From a candidate division Kazan bacterium GW2011_GWA1_50_15 (lineage in GTDB: Bacteria > Patescibacteriota > Kazan-3B-28), in NCBI GenBank assembly GCA_001029795.1, contig CP011216.1, positions 499,580 through 563,579 of the forward strand: 64,000 nt of DNA, in the 5' to 3' direction. The notes under the pieces are model-generated. The model saw nothing but the letters and a program-made list of their open reading frames with translations, was not told where the DNA came from and did not search any database. The translations under genes were made by a program, and so were the position numbers. This document shows positions 59,119-64,000 of this stretch, piece by piece. Position 1 is the stretch's first letter. Every line of letters starts with the position of its first letter.

Positions 59119-62052
59119 TTACGGTTTAATATTGTTGGTAGCAGAAGCACCCCGAGCCAAGTGGTCCAGGGCGTCAGCTAGGCTTAACTCGCCAGCTTGG
59201 GTTGGGTCTTGCAAGTCTTTCTTGCCAACTCCAAAGTTGGTCAAGTTAGTCCGCTTAGCCCAGTCAGCGACTTTGTTACCTAGACCCAGGGACTCAACTT
59301 TGATCTTAGTTTCGTCGCCCCCGGCGGCTGTCCCTGCCCGGCGCAGTTCGTTCATCAGGCCAAGTGATTCAGTCCGAACCTCCTGCTGGGCGGCTGTCCC
59401 GGTAACTGTAGCGCCAGCGGTAGTAACAAATCCCGATTTAACCACCTCGGTTAACGTGTTCTCATAAGACGGGTGCCCTGAAGCTGACTGGAGAATATCA
59501 ACAGTTAACGTATCGATGGTGCGCTGTTGGGTGGCTTGCTGTTGGGCGAGAGCAGCCGCTTGGCGTTTAGCCGCATCGGCACCAATAGTCTTGGTAGCAT
59601 ATTCTGATAGTTGTGCGGCTAGAGCTGGGTTAGCCATCCCCTCGGCGATCGGTGCGCCTTGGGTGCGGATAGTAGCTAGCGGAATACCGTTCCTGTGGAC
59701 TAGAAGCTTAGCAGCGGCATCAGCTGAACCTTGGAAGTTAGCAAAGCTTAACAGGCCCTCGATATCATGTACTTTTTGGGCCTCATCTAGATTGGGGTTG
59801 GCGGCGATACGCTCGATCTGTCCATAGACATTTTTATTTGTTCCCGAGAAAGCGCTCAGAGCGGCTATCCCACTGCTTCCCAGGTTGGTGACAGAGTCAC
59901 GGAAGTCGGCGTCGTTGGCGATAGCATCGAGTACTTTGGGGTCAGCTGAACGGATAGCTAGGGCGGCTTGCTGCCCGGCGCCGCCTAATCGGTTAAGACT
60001 GTTAGCTAGGTTACCTAACTCTGCACTCAGCGAAGCGATATTGGTTTGACTGGCGGCTAACCGGGCGTTGGTTTGAGCAATCTCGGTTTCAGCTGCAGTT
60101 AATTGGCGCTGGGAGTGTAGGGTAGTCCGCTTGGCTTCGAGGTCGGCGGCTCTCTTTTCATCTTTGGCTGAAATGGCAAACGGTTTTTTGGGCATGTATT
60201 GATAACCGGCACCGGTAGTTAGGTTGCTAACCAGGTCGTAGAAGTCGGAGTCTTCTAAAAGGGGATTCAGCATTTTGCGCCAGTTATACTTGTCCACCCC
60301 AGTCCCTGCTTGTTTGAGGGCCCGCGTCACTTTACGGCTAAGCTCTCGGGCAGTATCAGTAGAGACACGGCCAGTGGCAACCCGTTCAGCCTCAGCTCGT
60401 TTGCGCACATCAGCGATGGATGCCTCCATGGCTTCGGGCCCGAGGGCAATACTGTCTTCTAGCTCAGAGTCATCCTTGGCGATACTGTTTTTGATAGCGT
60501 TAGCCCAGTTGCGGCTGGATGCCAAACCAGGGTTTTGTTTATCGAATTGTAGTTCTAGGGCAGACTTTTGAGCAACATCTAAGTCGTCAATTGATGTTAC
60601 GCCGTACCGCTTGTAGCCTTCAATGGCCATGAATTCATCTAGCTTTCGTTGGCGGTTAGATAAGATGACGTTGGCCTGCGGGAGAAGCTGCTCATTGACG
60701 GCTCTACCCGTAGCAACCTTATTGGCTTTCTTGGCTGCTTCCAGCTGCGCATCTAATTTAGCGCCGGCAATCTCGGCTTGGCGCAATGGCCCACCCAACT
60801 TTGAACCCTTGAGCTTTTCAACGCCAAGCTGCCAGTATTTACCGATAGTGCTAGACGCGCTTTTGCCGGCCAGTTGGAACGGTTTGTCGATCATGTCGCC
60901 CATCCATTTAGTAGCGGCGCTTAACGGCACGTCCAGCATCTTGGGCGTGTTGGCAGCAGCGATCATCACGGCTACCATCACAATGATGTACATAATCATC
61001 CCGGCATCCAGTCCAGCCGCGGCGCTGTTGTCACCAAATTTAAACAGAGCGACTAGTTGCTCGGAGACTGAACTGCCAGGAGCATTGGGGCGGAGTAGAT
61101 TAGCTACTCCGAGCAGCAGAAAGGAGATCGGGAGAACTAAGATCCATTTGATTAAGTTGGTCCACCACCGGCTAGCATAGCTGGATAGGTCCTTGTGCGG
61201 CAGTAAGCCGAGTGCGAAGTAGAAGGGAGCGAAGATAGTCAGCAGGATGATCTGGATGGCCCGTTCGGTCATGACGGCCACGATCCGGAAGAGGGCATAG
61301 GTGGTCACTATAGCGATAATAAGGATGACTAGCGATAGACCAATGTAGCCGTAGATGCTCATTTTTGGGTCGAAGATGACCCCACCAGAAAAGAGGGTGA
61401 GCAAGTCTTGGTAGAGGATGTCGATCTGGGATGGTTGGAAGCCAAACACTGTGCTAGCTGAGTTTTTCAGGGCGTCACCCGCTTCAATAAATACCCAAAC
61501 TAACTGGTAACTTAAATTAGCCAACACTACTGCGGTGACCAGGCCGGTGATAGCCTTCTTGAAGTTGTACCCGCCCGAGCGGGTGATGATCATAATAGCG
61601 AAGATCGCTAAGGCCAAGAAGAAGAGTACATTGGCGGCGGAGCGCATCGCCCCCCACGCCTGCAGAACGGCAGGGGAACCCAGTACACCATTCTGGCCCT
61701 TAAGAATAACCTCGTTCAGGATCCAAAGCAGAAGAGCGTTGATCATCCCCAAAAGCGCCTCGAGACCGTAAACCAGAGCACCAACGATGGCTTTAAGGGT
61801 GGACTCGGCTAGCCAACTTACAGCCTGTAGACCGCCAGAGGGGTCCAACAGACGTTTTAACCAATCCGGGATGAATAGGGCAGAGCTACTGGTGTATTGG
61901 CCCGGGATAAGCTGAGCGTGGGCGATCAAAGGTACACCAACTAGTACAGCGATGGCTAACAGGGAGACAATCAACATCAACCGCCCGCGCGGTTTATCTA
62001 GAAATCGTTTAATTAGCTGGGACCAATTTTTCATTTTTATTTTGGTGGCCAA
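59119..62052 (-). CDS. Large VirB6/TrbL-like polytopic T4SS membrane protein (977 aa) with a roughly 550-aa Ala/Gln-rich predicted coiled-coil C-terminal domain
   Basis: Signal peptide plus about 8 TM helices in the first 420 aa. Long low-complexity C-terminal domain. First gene of the operon. Confidence 0.6.
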   Translation of the reverse strand: MATKIKMKNWSQLIKRFLDKPRGRLMLIVSLLAIAVLVGVPLIAHAQLIPGQYTSSSALFIPDWLKRLLDPSGGLQAVSWLAESTLKAIVGALVYGLEALLGMINALLLWILNEVILKGQNGVLGSPAVLQAWGAMRSAANVLFFLALAIFAIMIITRSGGYNFKKAITGLVTAVVLANLSYQLVWVFIEAGDALKNSASTVFGFQPSQIDILYQDLLTLFSGGVIFDPKMSIYGYIGLSLVILIIAIVTTYALFRIVAVMTERAIQIILLTIFAPFYFALGLLPHKDLSSYASRWWTNLIKWILVLPISFLLLGVANLLRPNAPGSSVSEQLVALFKFGDNSAAAGLDAGMIMYIIVMVAVMIAAANTPKMLDVPLSAATKWMGDMIDKPFQLAGKSASSTIGKYWQLGVEKLKGSKLGGPLRQAEIAGAKLDAQLEAAKKANKVATGRAVNEQLLPQANVILSNRQRKLDEFMAIEGYKRYGVTSIDDLDVAQKSALELQFDKQNPGLASSRNWANAIKNSIAKDDSELEDSIALGPEAMEASIADVRKRAEAERVATGRVSTDTARELSRKVTRALKQAGTGVDKYNWRKMLNPLLEDSDFYDLVSNLTTGAGYQYMPKKPFAISAKDEKRAADLEAKRTTLHSQRQLTAAETEIAQTNARLAASQTNIASLSAELGNLANSLNRLGGAGQQAALAIRSADPKVLDAIANDADFRDSVTNLGSSGIAALSAFSGTNKNVYGQIERIAANPNLDEAQKVHDIEGLLSFANFQGSADAAAKLLVHRNGIPLATIRTQGAPIAEGMANPALAAQLSEYATKTIGADAAKRQAAALAQQQATQQRTIDTLTVDILQSASGHPSYENTLTEVVKSGFVTTAGATVTGTAAQQEVRTESLGLMNELRRAGTAAGGDETKIKVESLGLGNKVADWAKRTNLTNFGVGKKDLQDPTQAGELSLADALDHLARGASATNNIKP

Positions 62053-62184
62053 TCAGATATCGGGGTGCCGCAAGTAATTATTTAATTATAGCAAAAAACA
62101 GCGGATTAGTCAAGAGGGGATTAGAGCCGTCTGGGCAACGCCAGAAAGGCATACAGTAAGCCAGCTCCCCAGATGTAGCTTTAG

Positions 62185-62213
62185 TCAAAGGTCATAAAAT
62201 CGGGCATAATGAG
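62185..62213 (+). promoter_or_regulatory. Putative promoter TAGTCA-17-CATAAT in the divergent intergenic region
   Basis: Hexamers with 17-nt spacer upstream of gene 62254. Confidence 0.35.
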
Positions 62214-62253
62214 AGTGGTTTACAAAACGATCAAAAAATGATGTAATCCGTCA

Positions 62254-63696
62254 ATGGTAGACGAGCCGAAAAATCAGTCCCAGAGCAGTAAATCGCCACA
62301 AGAGGAGTTGGATGAACTACTGCGGCAGAGCCAAGTAACCCGGCCAACTTCTGGGATTAAATTGCCCGAAACTAGCCCGAACCGGGCCGCTAACTGGCTG
62401 GTGATAGGAATAGTTGGCCTAGCGGGTTTATTAGTAGTGGGGACTGGCTATGTGTTATTAAGCGGAGTCAAGTTCAACACTGCTCAGCTGGTGCTGGAGC
62501 TTAATACTGACCAGGTACAATTAACGGTGGACGATCATAGTGCCGGGACAGTTAACTCGGGGGATGTTTTGCGGGTGCGGGCTGGGCAGCATACATTGGT
62601 GGCGACCAAAGACGGTTTTTTGGATCTGCATGAACGAGTGGAACTGGCGCGCAATCAGCAGTTAACCGTTAATTTAGCATTATTACCCATCCCCGAGATA
62701 GAAACTGTGGTAGACCACCCCGTGGATTTTGCCAGGCTGAATCTAGATGGTTCGGAGATAGCCTATTTTGATGACGGAACAAAAACCTTTCAGGCGGTGA
62801 AGCTGGAAGATGGGTCTGTGGCCACCCTTTTTCGCGGTAGTTTTAGCGGGGTGCAGGATGTGGTCTGGTCTCCGGTGGGCCAGGCGGCGCTGGTCAAATT
62901 AGTCGGGCGGCCTACGCTGCCAAATACGTTAGACAACCGCAGTGTAAAGGGTCGCTATATCCCGCTGGGGACCCCGGGTGGCCGGCCAGACCAGGCCCCG
63001 GCTAAGTTTGGCGGGGTAAGCACTTGGCTATTTGACGATGACCGTAAACCCGCTGCTGGCTGGCAGCCGATCTTGCTGAACGATAGTATCTGCCAGGCAG
63101 CTTTCAATGCTGATGGTGGTTCCATTATCTATTTATATGACACGGCTAACGGCGAGTACTCGTTGGTGCAGGCTTGGCCAGATGGTTTGGAGTGGGAGCG
63201 GCTGATCGTCGAGATGCCGCGGTTTACCGATCCGCGGTTTAGCTGGGGGGCTGACGACAGGTACGTTCTGGTGCAGGATAACAACAAACTCAGTTTGTTG
63301 GATATGGTGGACAAGACTTTGTCAGAACCATTTCCTGACTATGTGGCGGGGAGCCAGCTCGCCGTCTCAACTGCGGGGGACAAGGTGGCCTATCTGGCTG
63401 ATGCGGATGGGGCGATTAAGCTGAAAATATATGACTTAGTGACTAGCACGGCCAAAGTTTTGGATACCCCGGCAGTCAGCGGCAAAACCAGTATGGTCTG
63501 GACGGGGACTGATAGTGTGATAGTGGCTTTGGATAATCAAACGTTCGAACTGATCGAGACTGACCAAGACGTTCATACCACCATCCCGTTCGTGGGTGCC
63601 AGCATTGATCTGCAAGTGCAGCGGATGGAATATAGCCTAGCCGCGAAAGTATTAATGTTAGTGACTGATCGGGGGGTGGCGATGATGAAGGTGTGA
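62254..63696 (+). CDS. Membrane-anchored protein with PEGA domain and TolB-like beta-propeller region
   Basis: N-terminal TM. PEGA-like LELNTDQVQLTVDDHSAGTVNSGDVLRVRAGQHTLVATKDGF. Repeated D-G-S/A blade-like motifs. Confidence 0.6.
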   Translation: MVDEPKNQSQSSKSPQEELDELLRQSQVTRPTSGIKLPETSPNRAANWLVIGIVGLAGLLVVGTGYVLLSGVKFNTAQLVLELNTDQVQLTVDDHSAGTVNSGDVLRVRAGQHTLVATKDGFLDLHERVELARNQQLTVNLALLPIPEIETVVDHPVDFARLNLDGSEIAYFDDGTKTFQAVKLEDGSVATLFRGSFSGVQDVVWSPVGQAALVKLVGRPTLPNTLDNRSVKGRYIPLGTPGGRPDQAPAKFGGVSTWLFDDDRKPAAGWQPILLNDSICQAAFNADGGSIIYLYDTANGEYSLVQAWPDGLEWERLIVEMPRFTDPRFSWGADDRYVLVQDNNKLSLLDMVDKTLSEPFPDYVAGSQLAVSTAGDKVAYLADADGAIKLKIYDLVTSTAKVLDTPAVSGKTSMVWTGTDSVIVALDNQTFELIETDQDVHTTIPFVGASIDLQVQRMEYSLAAKVLMLVTDRGVAMMKV

Positions 63697-63699
63697 GGC

Positions 63700-64000
63700 T
63701 ATGGCGAACAGAGAAGAAGTCAAGCGACAACGACGGATCAAGGTTAAACGGATACGCGAAAGGATCGAGCGTCTGTTTCGGCGCGAGCGGATCAGTTTAG
63801 ATTTTTACGCGAGTGTGGCGGCGCAGTTAGACCGGGCCGCTAAGCAGATCGATGAAGGTCAGCGCTCTGATGAATTTAATCAAGAAGATCTAGCCGAGCA
63901 GCGCGTCGTCAATCAAGCTGGGGAAGAAAACAGAGACCAAGCTGACGAGGAGGGGGAATCCGCTGGAGAACCAAGACCCGAAGAACAACCTTCGGAGGAG
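63700..64000 (+). CDS. Charged hypothetical protein (partial, continues beyond window)
   Basis: GAGG SD 4 nt upstream of ATG 63700. Open frame to the window end. Confidence 0.5.

Overview
Compact, gene-dense bacterial window of about 56% GC. Most intergenic spacers are short, and three convergent gene pairs overlap at their stop codons. Gene content and architecture suggest a reduced-genome Patescibacteria/CPR-like organism, possibly Saccharibacteria-like; this taxonomic call is low confidence. The window spans the chromosomal replication origin. From about 37.7 kb down to 24.4 kb a long minus-strand array runs rpmH-rnpA-yidD-yidC-jag, then a cell-surface glycan cluster, hppA, VanW and holA. 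At about 37.9 kb the strand switches to dnaA-dnaN-recF on the plus strand, with DnaA boxes on both sides of dnaA. Housekeeping genes include mltG (partial), ruvA, ruvC, yebC, pcrA, rsmA, rsmI, recA, yajQ, ftsK, rnj, a family-4 uracil-DNA glycosylase, pnp, rpsO, rpsT, fpg, polA, murE, femX-like, tsaD and valS. The accessory content worth a second look is: (i) a minus-strand operon at 53.5-62.0 kb encoding a type IV secretion-like apparatus (large VirB6/TrbL-like protein, PrgI/VirB3-like protein, an apparently split VirB4, a TSP3 calcium-binding-repeat protein and a PilB/GspE ATPase); (ii) a secreted + membrane + leaderless coiled-coil protein module at 14.2-17.7 kb; (iii) two unrelated pairs of diverged repeated intergenic elements (about 45.35-45.58 kb vs 52.5-52.7 kb, and about 10.7-10.9 kb vs 45.6-45.8 kb); (iv) a low-GC island carrying an Avd-like four-helix-bundle gene; and (v) three genes with TATAAT placed 6-8 nt upstream of the ATG, suggesting leaderless mRNAs. 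No rRNA, tRNA, CRISPR array, transposase or integrase was recognised. Gene coordinates follow the supplied ORF track, with starts adjusted where a better start was verified in the sequence.
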